From a virus (Duplodnaviria; Caudoviricetes): a stretch of 64,000 bases of DNA. A program made the translations under genes and the position numbers. The DNA is taken from the IMG/VR virus record IMGVR_UViG_3300031853_000003, positions 1 to 64,000 of that record. One strand, given 5' to 3'. Numbering within the stretch: the stretch's first letter is position 1; each line of letters begins with the position of its first letter. This document shows positions 1 to 9,794 of this stretch, piece after piece. Under the pieces are notes generated by a model. It worked only from the letters and a program-made list of their open reading frames with translations. It was not told the origin of the DNA and made no database searches.

Positions 1-858
1 GCTCGCATACAGCAAGGCGGCGATATGGAAACATTTGATATCAAGTTTGCTCAGCCATTGATGGATAAGGCGGTACAGCCTACCCAGACACTTACACTTC
101 TCGAAGATGCAATGGTGCTGTCTTCGCTAGTAAGGATAGTCAAGTTCATCAACGTAGATTGTGGAAACACTGCTGAGGAAGAGGAAATCAAAAGTACCTT
201 GCAGGAGATCAAAGATTCGATTGAACAACAGCTTTCGCTCAATACGAATTCTGGGGATGTTCAAAGTTTCGTCAATCCTCAATCTCCTAACAACTTGATA
301 TACATTCCAAAGGTCAATGGACAAGACGCAATTTCTATAACAGACCTCAACATGTCGGAGGCCAATGAAGCAGATAACAAATTGCTTGATTACTATCAGG
401 ATAAGAAATTATCTGTACTCGGTGTACCAAAGGAAGCGATGAACTTCTCTTCCAATGAAGGTCTCGGCGGTGCAGGTTCTGTCTTATCACAGAGATCAGC
501 TCTATATGCAAACTCGCTACAACGTCTGGAGACTGCATACATCGCAGGATGGACACAAGCATTCAATATGTACTTCCGAAATCGCGGTATGAGCGGAATG
601 GTTGATCAGTTCGAGTTGCATATGAATCCGATAATCACAACGCAGAGCACTATTCAGTTTGAGAAACGAGATGCTGCTATCAGTCAAGCTACTCAGTTCA
701 TCGAGATGTTGAAGTCTTTGAAGGTCAAAGATTCAGCATCATATCTCAATGGTATCAAGGAGATACTATCTGAGGTGTTCCCGCAACTTGGTGCTGATGC
801 TAGCGGTTGGCACGTTGATGTCAAAGATCCTGAAGGAGGTGAAGGCGGTGGCTTCTAA
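1..858 (+). CDS. Portal protein, T4 gp20-like (5' partial)
   Basis: Frame open from base 1; YYQDKKLSVLGVPK resembles the gp20-family YF..KL...L.VP motif; lies upstream of neck and sheath genes. Confidence 0.7.
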   Translation, partial: ARIQQGGDMETFDIKFAQPLMDKAVQPTQTLTLLEDAMVLSSLVRIVKFINVDCGNTAEEEEIKSTLQEIKDSIEQQLSLNTNSGDVQSFVNPQSPNNLIYIPKVNGQDAISITDLNMSEANEADNKLLDYYQDKKLSVLGVPKEAMNFSSNEGLGGAGSVLSQRSALYANSLQRLETAYIAGWTQAFNMYFRNRGMSGMVDQFELHMNPIITTQSTIQFEKRDAAISQATQFIEMLKSLKVKDSASYLNGIKEILSEVFPQLGADASGWHVDVKDPEGGEGGGF

Positions 859-1216
859 TACCACTCAGCTTGTTCAAACCTTCTTCCATGATCTGAAGAA
901 GTACAACGAGACTAACTTCCGGAATATTCAACGAGCCGATCTATCAGTGGTAGATCCTGAAGTGCTGAAAGCTTTCAGCTCAGTGATAACACGATACTTC
1001 ATCTTCTGTGAGAAGCATCCCGAGATATCCAAGAGCGATCAACGAATACTCTTCTTCAAGCTGAAGATAGATCTAGTAGCGAGGTACTTCTCAGAATGCT
1101 ACGATCCAGAGGTCAATGCTTTTGATTATCTGAAATCATTTCAGCTTGAACTGCACAACTATTTGAAAGACACTAAGGGCGGTGTATACAATGAACAGAG
1201 GGCTGCCTCCGCTTAG
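848..1216 (+). CDS. Hypothetical protein
   Basis: GGAGGTG RBS then GTG at 848, overlapping the portal stop. Confidence 0.6.
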   Translation: MASNTTQLVQTFFHDLKKYNETNFRNIQRADLSVVDPEVLKAFSSVITRYFIFCEKHPEISKSDQRILFFKLKIDLVARYFSECYDPEVNAFDYLKSFQLELHNYLKDTKGGVYNEQRAASA

Positions 1217-1817
1217 ATATAATATTAGTGACTGGCATCAGCTACCTGAATGTAAATCTAACAACAGCAGAGAGTTGAAGTTAGTTGTAACTGATCTTAT
1301 CAAGAATTCAGTTCTTGAAGGTGTCGTAATCAAAGTAATGCACGAAACGTTCGGTGTGTTATTCGCATGTACAGTTAATGGGTCTGGTAATCTCTTGACA
1401 ACTGCTAAGGGACTTGCCAGCCCTTATGAGCTTCCAACCGCTACTATTCTACAGAGTCTAGAAGTGTTTGGGTTCTACATTACATTCAACAAACGTGCTG
1501 CTCTGAAGGGTGATCAACTCAAGTTCCTCATGACGCTTGATAATCTAGGATACGATAAGATCAGATTGTTAAGGGTAAATTGCTACGAGCCTAAGACCGG
1601 TGCACTCAACGTCGAAACACACATTGTAGCATTCATGATTGACAAGTGTCCAAATTGGCTTGACAACACTTGCTATGAAGATGAGAAAACATTCGTCAAT
1701 CTACTTCGTAGAGGTGGAGTGTTTGATGTTTCATCTTTGAGCGTAGCACACAATTATGATTGGTCATGGCTTGATTATGTAGCCAACATCAAAGATATAC
1801 TATCTGATAATTCATAA
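1191..1817 (+). CDS. Hypothetical protein
   Basis: Long ORF tiling with neighbours. Confidence 0.7.
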   Translation: MNRGLPPLRYNISDWHQLPECKSNNSRELKLVVTDLIKNSVLEGVVIKVMHETFGVLFACTVNGSGNLLTTAKGLASPYELPTATILQSLEVFGFYITFNKRAALKGDQLKFLMTLDNLGYDKIRLLRVNCYEPKTGALNVETHIVAFMIDKCPNWLDNTCYEDEKTFVNLLRRGGVFDVSSLSVAHNYDWSWLDYVANIKDILSDNS

Positions 1818-1828
1818 GGAGATACAAC

Positions 1829-2113
1829 ATGGCGTACTTCAGTAAAACTTTTACGGAGTCTGAGAAATCTGAAATCTGCAGATCTTATAAGCTGGCGAAA
1901 GATCCGGGTGATCAAATAAGCATACTTGCAGATCTAAATGCTTGTGATAAAGCATCAATTCGCAACGTCCTCATTGAAGCTAATCTATTGAAAGGTGTAG
2001 CTTCGCCCCCCCCCCTACGTCGCCGCCTGATAAAGAGCAGAAGAAAACAACTGGTCCTAAAGGTCCTCGGAAGATGTGGACCGAGGCTGAGATTTCAGAA
2101 CTTATCGACCTGA
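1829..2113 (+). CDS. Hypothetical protein; probably the N-terminal half of a gene frameshifted at the C10 tract
   Basis: AAGGAG RBS; sequence after the C10 tract looks like off-frame read-through. Confidence 0.55.
   Translation: MAYFSKTFTESEKSEICRSYKLAKDPGDQISILADLNACDKASIRNVLIEANLLKGVASPPPLRRRLIKSRRKQLVLKVLGRCGPRLRFQNLST
2006..2015 (+). repeat. C10 homopolymer tract
   Basis: cttcgCCCCCCCCCCtacg. Confidence 0.95.
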
Positions 2114-2493
2114 AAGCTCAAGGTAAGACGAATCACCAAGTTGCACAACACTTCGGAAGATCTGTATCATCTATCAATGGGCAGGTTTTCAAATACAGAG
2201 ATGAGATTGGTAAGCGTATCAATGAACTTGAATTCAATAAACAGACGTTCCTGCTGAAAGCGTCAGAGGAATCTTCTTCGACTCTGCCAGACTGCGATAC
2301 GGGTACAGAAAATTCTGTTGATTCGCTTGCTATCATATCTGATGTCAGAGAACTCCTGCATAGCATACAAGACGAGATAGGTATCGTGAATGTCAACACA
2401 TCTACAGATATTCTCCGACTCGGTATGTCATTAGGAACTATCACAGAGAGGATAGACGCATTCATAGAGAGGTTGGATAAGATTGCTAAATAA
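2074..2493 (+). CDS. HTH (Myb/GcrA-like) DNA-binding protein; probable C-terminal half of the 1829 gene
   Basis: WTEAEISELIDLKAQGKTNHQVAQHFGRSVSSI; frame open back to the C10 tract. Confidence 0.6.
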   Translation: MWTEAEISELIDLKAQGKTNHQVAQHFGRSVSSINGQVFKYRDEIGKRINELEFNKQTFLLKASEESSSTLPDCDTGTENSVDSLAIISDVRELLHSIQDEIGIVNVNTSTDILRLGMSLGTITERIDAFIERLDKIAK

Positions 2494-3019
2494 TCTTATA
2501 GGTCCTGATATACAACTAATGCGAGATAGGTATGATGAAGCCCTGCAGTTGCAGGGCATACCTTGTGTATATCAGTTTCCTAATATGGCAGGTACAAACA
2601 ATCAGGGTGAGCCTGAGATTGATAGTTATTCTGAATATATCAATACGCATATCTTCTTTGATGGAAATCCTAAGGTAAAGACGTATAAGCGATATGGTTG
2701 GGTTGTTGAAAACAATCAAGACCTTCCATTTCTTATCCACTGTAGCTTCAACCTACCTCATCTCCAAAAGGATAGTTTATTCAGAATACATGGCCAGTAT
2801 ACAGAAATGCCTGATAGAGTGTTTCGAGTAACTGAGCTCACATGTGATATGCAAGCTCCTGACCATATGGTTGCACAAGTTATACCTGTATATGAATCAC
2901 AAGCTGTCGGTATGACGAAGAAAGAGATACAGAAGAAGTATAACAAGTCCAACACATTCTTGAAGTCACCTACTGATTACAGAGGACATTACATCTCTGA
3001 ACAGGAAGGAGAGAGTTAA
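2483..3019 (+). CDS. Putative neck/head-completion protein
   Basis: Size and position between portal and sheath. Confidence 0.45.
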   Translation: MLNNLIGPDIQLMRDRYDEALQLQGIPCVYQFPNMAGTNNQGEPEIDSYSEYINTHIFFDGNPKVKTYKRYGWVVENNQDLPFLIHCSFNLPHLQKDSLFRIHGQYTEMPDRVFRVTELTCDMQAPDHMVAQVIPVYESQAVGMTKKEIQKKYNKSNTFLKSPTDYRGHYISEQEGES

Positions 3020-3020
3020 C

Positions 3021-3629
3021 ATGATCTACTTGTATGATGATGCAATAGTAGATGATCTGAGAAAGAGTTTTCAGGTACCTGATGGATCTTCTGAGCCAGT
3101 TGTCAAAGTAGTAGATCCTGAAGGTATTCCGTCATTAGCTGCTCAGGTTCAAGAAGATAAGATACAGTTTCCGATAATTGCACTCAAACGTAGACCAGGA
3201 GTTACTATAGATACTGACCGAACGAATTTCACTCGTATCAAGAAAGGTGTTCAGTCAGTCATAGATCCAGCTACTAATCAACTCTACTATGAAAAAGCAG
3301 TGCCTATAGTGCTAGAATATGAGATGTCAGTACTTGCTACTCGTACAGCTGATCAAGATGAGTTGGTACGGGAACTCCTATTCAAATACACGTCAATGTA
3401 TTTCCTGACAATCACACTTCCATATGAATGTAATAGAAAAGTACGGTTCGGAGTAATCATCAATCCTACTGATCAGATAGAAAACAAGTCTGCTACATTT
3501 GAATACATATCAGAAGGTCGTCTGTATGAAACTGTTATACCATTGAAGTGTGAAGGCTGTGTATTAGTATCATACACTCCAGCATCACTAACTCGTGTAG
3601 TAACTGAAGTACAGCCAACACTGAAGTAG
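3021..3629 (+). CDS. Putative tail terminator/sheath stabiliser (gp15-like)
   Basis: FPIIAL, VPIVLEYEMSV and DQDELVRELL patterns typical of tail-completion proteins; position before the sheath. Confidence 0.55.
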   Translation: MIYLYDDAIVDDLRKSFQVPDGSSEPVVKVVDPEGIPSLAAQVQEDKIQFPIIALKRRPGVTIDTDRTNFTRIKKGVQSVIDPATNQLYYEKAVPIVLEYEMSVLATRTADQDELVRELLFKYTSMYFLTITLPYECNRKVRFGVIINPTDQIENKSATFEYISEGRLYETVIPLKCEGCVLVSYTPASLTRVVTEVQPTLK

Positions 3630-3630
3630 A

Positions 3631-3640
3631 ACCTTATATA
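3631..3640 (+). promoter_or_regulatory. ACCTTNNATA motif (putative late promoter)
   Basis: ACCTTATATA upstream of the sheath operon. Confidence 0.65.
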
Positions 3641-3670
3641 CAAACGTATATAAAGAGAGGTGAATTCACT

Positions 3671-3913
3671 TTGAGTATCTATTACAAGAATACAGGTCTT
3701 ACTAGTAAGACATATTATGGTGTAGAGTTTGCTTCTGGCGAAATCAAACCTGTACCTGATTATATAAATGATGTTAATTTTGTAAGGTGTTCTGAGGAAG
3801 ACTTCAAAGCAGCTCAGCCGGTTGTTGCAGTAAAGGTTGCGTCTAAGCCCGGCCCGAAGCCGAAGAGCTCCGCTACACCTAAAGATGATAATTCACAGGA
3901 GGCGAAGAGCTAA
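3671..3913 (+). CDS. Small virion-associated hypothetical protein
   Basis: GAGGTG RBS, TTG start, abuts the sheath gene. Confidence 0.6.
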   Translation: MSIYYKNTGLTSKTYYGVEFASGEIKPVPDYINDVNFVRCSEEDFKAAQPVVAVKVASKPGPKPKSSATPKDDNSQEAKS

Positions 3914-5989
3914 ATGGCAAACATCATTGTCAATGAAATCAGCCAAAATTATACATATAATATTGGCAATTCCGCATTTGCAACTGTTGCACTTCCCATC
4001 ACCGCCAGCTGGGGTCCTGCATATGGTAAGCCGGGCGAGGCCTTCTCTACTGCTGAAGTAGATCAGCTTGAGAGCATCCGTTGGGAACATTTCCCGTCTA
4101 CTCAGGCAGGCCTTGAGAGTTTTGTATCTACCTATCGTGGACCGGCGTCTGTCTACAGAGCTGCTAAGGACTATTCTTACCAGATGGCAATGACCCTGCT
4201 GTCAAGCGGATATGACGTTCTTGTTGTTCGTCTGTGCCCCGGTACTAAGTCCGCTGGTCAGCTACTAAAGGTCAAATTCACCGATGAGTCTACCGACAAG
4301 TATTTCACCATCGCGCTTACTGCTAAGTATCCCGGCACCTTTGGTAACAATCTGAAGGTAAGAGTCTACACCGGCAGATTCAAAAACCTTGAGGGCGATT
4401 ACAGTCCTTACTTCAACCTCATCACCTATGTAGTAGATTCTTCTGGTGTTGAGCGTGCAGTAGAAAACATCGTTGTTTCTACTAACGCAGATGACGACAC
4501 TTATACCTACTACGAAGAGGCTGAGTCTAACTTCATTGATATCAATTCAATTGAAGAGACTTCCGCTCCTGGTCAGAATGAGTCATCTTCTGAATTCGTT
4601 CGTCTTTCCGGCGGTACTGATAATGCAACTTGGGGCTCAACTCCTGGTGCTATCATTCCTCAGATCCTCGCCGCTGCTATGCACAGATTCGACGAGACTC
4701 ATGAATATGTAAAGGCCATCGAAGCGTTGATGGTAGAGAGCACTCCCGTTGCTTCTTCGCTCCCGGTAGACTGGTCAACCAGCTACGTGAATTACGTCAA
4801 GAAGTCCAATGACGAATATGTAGCTGCTGCTGCGACAGATACATTCGCTGCCAATACCTTCTACGAGGTAAAGGTTAAGGATATCACCAAGCTGAAAGCT
4901 GCTGCATACAGAGAGTGGATCTTCTCTTCGCTAACATTCACATATGATCATACCGAGGCCACCAAGGGCTACAAGGGTACAACCGGTCTGTACTATCTGC
5001 TGACCGACAAGCTGTCCTACAAGCCTCAGAGAATCATCAGCCCTGGCTGGGACGATGTGGATCTTACATACTTCCAGAAGAACCAGATGTATCCCGACAG
5101 ATGCTTCGGTACCACGGCTGTTGTAAGCAAGGTGCTGTCAGCTATCCACATCACATTGATGGAGGTAGCATACAGAAGCAGATGCGGAACCTCTATGCTC
5201 GACATTCCGAGAAGCGTACCGAGAAAGTTCGTCCATGCAGAGATCAACTCAACTAACGTCCATTACACCGAGGCGTTAGCAGACCTCACGCCTGTTGATT
5301 CCACCAACACTCTTGAGAGTCTGTATACTTCCCACTCAGCTCTGTTTGCTCCTTGGGGCAGTTACAGATACGTCGGCATGAATCGTCAGATAGACGCTTG
5401 CCCGTCATTCCTCGTCCTGCTCATCCAAAGAGCAATGATCCTCAATCAGTCGTTACAGTATGAGTGGGCACTTCCTACAAACAGAAAGCACAACGTGCCG
5501 ATCGGCAAGCTCGAGTACCCGGTACCGAAGAAGTACATGGACATGTGGTCAAGACTCGAAGGTGTAAGCCTGAACGCCATCACATCTATTCCGGACCTCG
5601 GCGTCAACATCTGGGGTAACTCAACCCTCTTCAAAGTACCTGCTGCAACATATCAGGCACTTGCGAATCTGTCAACTCGTTATCTTGTCAATGCTGTTGA
5701 AAACGTCGTTTACGCTTGCGGCGTAGCAATCACATTCCAGTACAACAACGAGCAGGCATACAACAAGTTCTACGCAGGCGTAACACCTACGCTTGATACG
5801 ATGAAGAACGTCGGAGCTATCGAAGATTATTACATCAAGATGGCTGCTGACATCCGCGGAATGGATCAGGTCAATGCCAATAGCGTAATTGGTAAGATCT
5901 ACCTTATCGTCAACGGTGTCATCAACGACATCACAGTCGACCTCGTTGCCCTGCCGCCTAACGCAGATCTCGAGCAGTACAAGGCATAA
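3914..5989 (+). CDS. Contractile tail sheath protein
   Basis: WGP, AKYPGTFGNNLKV, LSGGTD, GVNIWGNSTL, LSTRYLVN and FQYNN sheath motifs. Confidence 0.92.
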   Translation: MANIIVNEISQNYTYNIGNSAFATVALPITASWGPAYGKPGEAFSTAEVDQLESIRWEHFPSTQAGLESFVSTYRGPASVYRAAKDYSYQMAMTLLSSGYDVLVVRLCPGTKSAGQLLKVKFTDESTDKYFTIALTAKYPGTFGNNLKVRVYTGRFKNLEGDYSPYFNLITYVVDSSGVERAVENIVVSTNADDDTYTYYEEAESNFIDINSIEETSAPGQNESSSEFVRLSGGTDNATWGSTPGAIIPQILAAAMHRFDETHEYVKAIEALMVESTPVASSLPVDWSTSYVNYVKKSNDEYVAAAATDTFAANTFYEVKVKDITKLKAAAYREWIFSSLTFTYDHTEATKGYKGTTGLYYLLTDKLSYKPQRIISPGWDDVDLTYFQKNQMYPDRCFGTTAVVSKVLSAIHITLMEVAYRSRCGTSMLDIPRSVPRKFVHAEINSTNVHYTEALADLTPVDSTNTLESLYTSHSALFAPWGSYRYVGMNRQIDACPSFLVLLIQRAMILNQSLQYEWALPTNRKHNVPIGKLEYPVPKKYMDMWSRLEGVSLNAITSIPDLGVNIWGNSTLFKVPAATYQALANLSTRYLVNAVENVVYACGVAITFQYNNEQAYNKFYAGVTPTLDTMKNVGAIEDYYIKMAADIRGMDQVNANSVIGKIYLIVNGVINDITVDLVALPPNADLEQYKA

Positions 5990-6013
5990 ATCATCTCCAA
6001 TTCAAATATGCAG

Positions 6014-6040
6014 TTGCCCCGCTGGAAACGGCGGGGCAAT
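6014..6040 (+). terminator. Intrinsic terminator hairpin
   Basis: TTGCCCCGCTG-gaaa-CGGCGGGGCAA after the sheath stop. Confidence 0.75.
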
Positions 6041-6049
6041 TGTTATGAA

Positions 6050-6055
6050 TCGTTA
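6050..6055 (+). promoter_or_regulatory. TCGTTA motif (putative early/middle phage promoter)
   Basis: One of 14 copies upstream of mostly non-structural genes. Confidence 0.55.
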
Positions 6056-6078
6056 TTGAATATGAAGGAGTATTGTCC

Positions 6079-8088
6079 ATGGAGTACAGTTGCATAAGAT
6101 GCGGAAAGAAATTTGAAGCAAAGAGAAAAACAGCGGTGTGTCAGGATTGTCACACTGCAGTTTGTGTTGTTTGCGGAGAAGAATTCCAGCTCCAAACTCC
6201 TTGGACACAGCAGACTTGTTCTCCGAAGTGCAGAGGAATTTACAGGAAACAATCCGGAATAGCGAAATCAGCTGCTACAAAGGCTCATTCACATCCTGCA
6301 AAGATATCAAAGCCGACGGAGCTGAAGGTCTGCCCTATCTGCGGCCAAGAATTTCTACCTGACACTTTTAGACAAGTGTATTGTAAGGCTACACACTATG
6401 GACCTTGTCCCATCTGCGGCCAGGAGGTTGAGATCAAAGATCTTTCTATTGGACCTCAGACGTGTTCTGAAGAATGTAAGAAACTTCAAACATACGCTAC
6501 AAACATGTTGAAGTATGGATCTGAAGTTGTTTTGGTTTCTGATTACGCAAGACGTAAAGCTAAAGAGACCTTACTGAAGAAGCACGGTGTTGAACACTAT
6601 TCACGGACTGATGAATACAAAGAGAAGTATCGACAGACGATGTTGGAGCGACATGGTGTTGATTATCCTCTGCAGAATCCTGATATCCTAGCAAAGGCTC
6701 AAGCGACGAATACTCATAGATATGGCGGTGTTGCTCCTACTTCTTCACCAGAAGTTAGGAGGAAAGTACATGAGACAAATGAGGAAAGATACGGAGGTAC
6801 AGGGTTCGCTTCTGAAGAGTTATCTGAAAAGATGAAAGAAACTAATCTTCAAAGGTATGGCACAGAACATCCTACACAGTCACAAGAGGTCAAAGATAAG
6901 ATTGCTGAAACTTCTATGAAGAAGTATGGTGCAAGAAACTTCAAGTGTTCTGAGAAGGGATATGAATCTTCTATTTCAGACCCATCTAAGCATAAGTACT
7001 ATCTTGAATTCAAGTTTGACCCTGTTGTCTTCATACATACACATTTTGATCATAAACCTACTGTAGCAGAAATATGCAAAGAAACTGGCGTGACAGATAC
7101 TCCTGTGTATAAGATACTGATAGAAAACTGTTGCAGAGATCTTGTAGATTTCAAGTCAAGTTCAATGGAAGTTGAGTTATATCAGTTCCTGCTCCAGTAC
7201 ATCAGACCAGAGGACATAGTACGAAATTGCAGATCCGTCATATCTCCACAAGAGATTGATATATACATTCCATCAAAGAAGTTTGGAATTGAGTGCAATC
7301 CGACAGTTACTCATAATTCTAGTTATGATGATCCTTGGGGACAGTCAAGAAAAGCACCTAGTTATCATAAACACAAAACAGATAGCTGTGAATCAGAGTG
7401 TGTATTTCTATTTCATGTGTTTGGGTATGAATGGAGAGCACGACCTGATGTAGTGAAGTCAATGATATTGAATGCATTAGGCCTTACACCTAAGAAGATA
7501 TATGCAAGGAACACCTGTGTAAAGTTGGTTGATGCATCTGAGAGTGATAGGTTCTTGTCTAAAAATCATCGTCAAGGAGCTACGTCTGCTAGTATTCGTC
7601 TAGGTCTGTATGTAGGTGATACACTTGTTTCATTGATGACCTTCAACAAGATGCGGAGTACAATTGGTGTAAACAAAGCGTCGTCATCTGAAGATTACGA
7701 GCTTTCGAGATTCTGCAGTTTGTTGAATACATCCGTGATTGGAGGAGCAAGTAAGCTCTTCAATCATTTCATACAGAACTATACATTCAGTAAGATAGTA
7801 TCATTTTCTGATAGAGCTCATACAAAGGGTTCGCTGTATAAGATACTAGGATTTGAGAAGACGAATGTATCCGATGCAAGTTATGTGTGGGTGAGATTGT
7901 CAGATGATAGTTATCTTACTCGTGTGTCTTGTCAGAAGAAGCGTCTAGTTAATCTCTTCGATGATGTAGACGATTCTACCATTGAGAACTCTACCGAGCG
8001 CGAGATAATGATGGATCATGGATATGCACAAGTGTTCGATTCTGGTACAATCAGATGGGAATTCGTTAAACATGATACAGAGGAGTAG
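6079..8088 (+). CDS. Hef-like homing endonuclease: CxxC fingers, (K/R)YG repeats, PD-(D/E)xK nuclease, Mom/GNAT-like C-terminal domain
   Basis: Multiple CxxCG; ERYG/KKYG repeats; EIDIYIPSKKFGIECN; ELSRFC, GGASKLF, SFSDRAHTKGSLY. Confidence 0.7.
   Translation: MEYSCIRCGKKFEAKRKTAVCQDCHTAVCVVCGEEFQLQTPWTQQTCSPKCRGIYRKQSGIAKSAATKAHSHPAKISKPTELKVCPICGQEFLPDTFRQVYCKATHYGPCPICGQEVEIKDLSIGPQTCSEECKKLQTYATNMLKYGSEVVLVSDYARRKAKETLLKKHGVEHYSRTDEYKEKYRQTMLERHGVDYPLQNPDILAKAQATNTHRYGGVAPTSSPEVRRKVHETNEERYGGTGFASEELSEKMKETNLQRYGTEHPTQSQEVKDKIAETSMKKYGARNFKCSEKGYESSISDPSKHKYYLEFKFDPVVFIHTHFDHKPTVAEICKETGVTDTPVYKILIENCCRDLVDFKSSSMEVELYQFLLQYIRPEDIVRNCRSVISPQEIDIYIPSKKFGIECNPTVTHNSSYDDPWGQSRKAPSYHKHKTDSCESECVFLFHVFGYEWRARPDVVKSMILNALGLTPKKIYARNTCVKLVDASESDRFLSKNHRQGATSASIRLGLYVGDTLVSLMTFNKMRSTIGVNKASSSEDYELSRFCSLLNTSVIGGASKLFNHFIQNYTFSKIVSFSDRAHTKGSLYKILGFEKTNVSDASYVWVRLSDDSYLTRVSCQKKRLVNLFDDVDDSTIENSTEREIMMDHGYAQVFDSGTIRWEFVKHDTEE
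8063..8068 (+). promoter_or_regulatory. TCGTTA motif
   Basis: About 25 nt before the ATG at 8092. Confidence 0.5.
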
Positions 8089-8091
8089 TAC

Positions 8092-8271
8092 ATGAAATCT
8101 TCTGATATGAATTGGAAGGCACGCGTAGCAGCATCTGAAACTGCTAACAACGATATCTTCCAACAGATACAAGATCAATATAAAGGAACACATCTTGAAG
8201 GTCTTGATGCGTTTGACAGACAACTCAAGAGATTTGAAATAACTAATACGGAGGATGAAGATGAACAATAA
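8092..8271 (+). CDS. Small hypothetical protein (59 aa; below the ORF-track cutoff)
   Basis: GAGGAG RBS; MKSSDMNWKARVAASE...EDEDEQ*. Confidence 0.55.
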   Translation: MKSSDMNWKARVAASETANNDIFQQIQDQYKGTHLEGLDAFDRQLKRFEITNTEDEDEQ

Positions 8272-8392
8272 CACATGTAGTGAGTGTGTATATTACAACA
8301 GGAAAACACAGAATTGCGAGCTGTGTCCAGTTCCTATGCACGAGGATGAAGATCATCCTTCGTGTCAGTTCTTTGAAGAAGATACAGATTGA
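8261..8392 (+). CDS. Small Cys-rich protein (43 aa)
   Basis: GGAGG RBS; MNNNTCSECVYY...CELC...CQFF. Confidence 0.5.
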   Translation: MNNNTCSECVYYNRKTQNCELCPVPMHEDEDHPSCQFFEEDTD

Positions 8393-8407
8393 TTGTAGGT
8401 GATATAG

Positions 8408-9325
8408 ATGGGTGGACGCCCTAGTAATGTAAATAAACACGAGCGGCTTCAAGTTGCAAGAGATTATTACATGACCATAGTGCGTATCATTGATGCTATC
8501 GATTCAGGTCTTAGTGAAACTGAGGCCTGTGAGATAAACCATATGGATAAGCATGAGTTCCGTAATGAAACACTTTACAGACGTAAACTTTGTAAAGGTG
8601 TTTCTGTATCCAAGATACGCTGTGCTCTTGAGAGCCCATATCATAAGTTGTATCGTCAAGCGATGTGCATCACATCTCCGCTTACAGATGAGCAGATAGC
8701 CGAGCTTCCTCCCGACCTCGAAGAAACACTCTCAGATGTAATTGAATGTATCGGAGGACGCTGGGGCGATATTCTACAGGCTGTGTTCTTCGATGATAGA
8801 ACCTTTCGAGATATCGCAGAAGCGTGGGAACTCTCGGATGCAAGAGTTGGCCAAATATACAGAGAAGCAGTCCGTAACCTACGCCGTCACCCTTACAAGG
8901 AGCGTATCTACTACGGAGATATGTTTCTACTCAAGCGTAAGTCCTTGATGGCTGAAGCATATCAGCGTCGTATCAAGGAGTTAGAGTCCGATTGTGAATC
9001 TGACGTAGATAGAGAACTTGAGTATCTTCGAGCTAAGGAATCTGGTCTAACAGGTGGACTGAGCAATGAGAAGCCGGTTGACGATTCTGCAATCAAAGTC
9101 GAAGACGGTGTGTCTGTACGAGTAGTCAATTGCTTGCGTAGAGCAGGATACAGCAGGTGGATTGCCTTACAAGGAGAAAAACTATCAACGCTCTATGCTC
9201 TTCGTAATCTAGGAGCTCGTACACTTGCAGAGGTAATTGATCATTGTAATGAGTGCAACATCGCTCTAGTAAATGATCTACCTGACGCAGTATACAGAGA
9301 AGTGGCGCAGTTTCTGCGTCGTTAA
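8408..9325 (+). CDS. Sigma70 region-4 HTH fused to an RNA polymerase alpha-CTD-like domain
   Basis: RTFRDIAEAWELSDARVGQIYREAVRNLR (sigma4); VSVRVVNCLRRAGY...LRNLGARTLAEV (alphaCTD HhH). Confidence 0.75.
   Translation: MGGRPSNVNKHERLQVARDYYMTIVRIIDAIDSGLSETEACEINHMDKHEFRNETLYRRKLCKGVSVSKIRCALESPYHKLYRQAMCITSPLTDEQIAELPPDLEETLSDVIECIGGRWGDILQAVFFDDRTFRDIAEAWELSDARVGQIYREAVRNLRRHPYKERIYYGDMFLLKRKSLMAEAYQRRIKELESDCESDVDRELEYLRAKESGLTGGLSNEKPVDDSAIKVEDGVSVRVVNCLRRAGYSRWIALQGEKLSTLYALRNLGARTLAEVIDHCNECNIALVNDLPDAVYREVAQFLRR
9319..9324 (+). promoter_or_regulatory. TCGTTA motif
   Basis: Upstream of 9357. Confidence 0.5.
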
Positions 9326-9356
9326 TATACACAACAATATATAAGAGGTGTAACAC

Positions 9357-9707
9357 ATGGCACAGGATAATAGAGTAAACGCGTATGTAGAACGCATCAA
9401 TAAGATCACTAATACAGTGAAGCAGGATAACAAGATGGACGATCAATCCATCCAGGACTTCAAAGATCAGGTACGCACACTCATCGATGATCTGGCAACG
9501 GAGATGGAGGGTATTCCTGAATACGTCTCTGACAAGTACGGTGTAGGTCATGTAGAGAACGAAGACTTCTTCGAGGAGGTTTCCGATGAAGATGCCAACG
9601 AGGCCTACGAAGCGTACGATTATTTCACAGACGCTGCTTCTGATACATCAGCTATCCGCGCCTGGTACAAACAGGCCATCGAAGTATTGAATTCATTTCC
9701 TTTCTGA
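9357..9707 (+). CDS. Acidic hypothetical protein
   Basis: GAGGTG RBS, clean ORF. Confidence 0.7.
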   Translation: MAQDNRVNAYVERINKITNTVKQDNKMDDQSIQDFKDQVRTLIDDLATEMEGIPEYVSDKYGVGHVENEDFFEEVSDEDANEAYEAYDYFTDAASDTSAIRAWYKQAIEVLNSFPF

Positions 9708-9729
9708 GAACACCAAAATCGCCGTCTGA

Positions 9730-9739
9730 ACCTTATATA
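9730..9739 (+). promoter_or_regulatory. ACCTTNNATA motif inside an RBS-sequestering hairpin
   Basis: ACCTTATATA upstream of the 2557-aa gene. Confidence 0.65.
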
Positions 9740-9794
9740 GTTCTGTCACTTGATTCAGTCAACGACAAATCTAATATAAGAAAGGACGGCTCAA

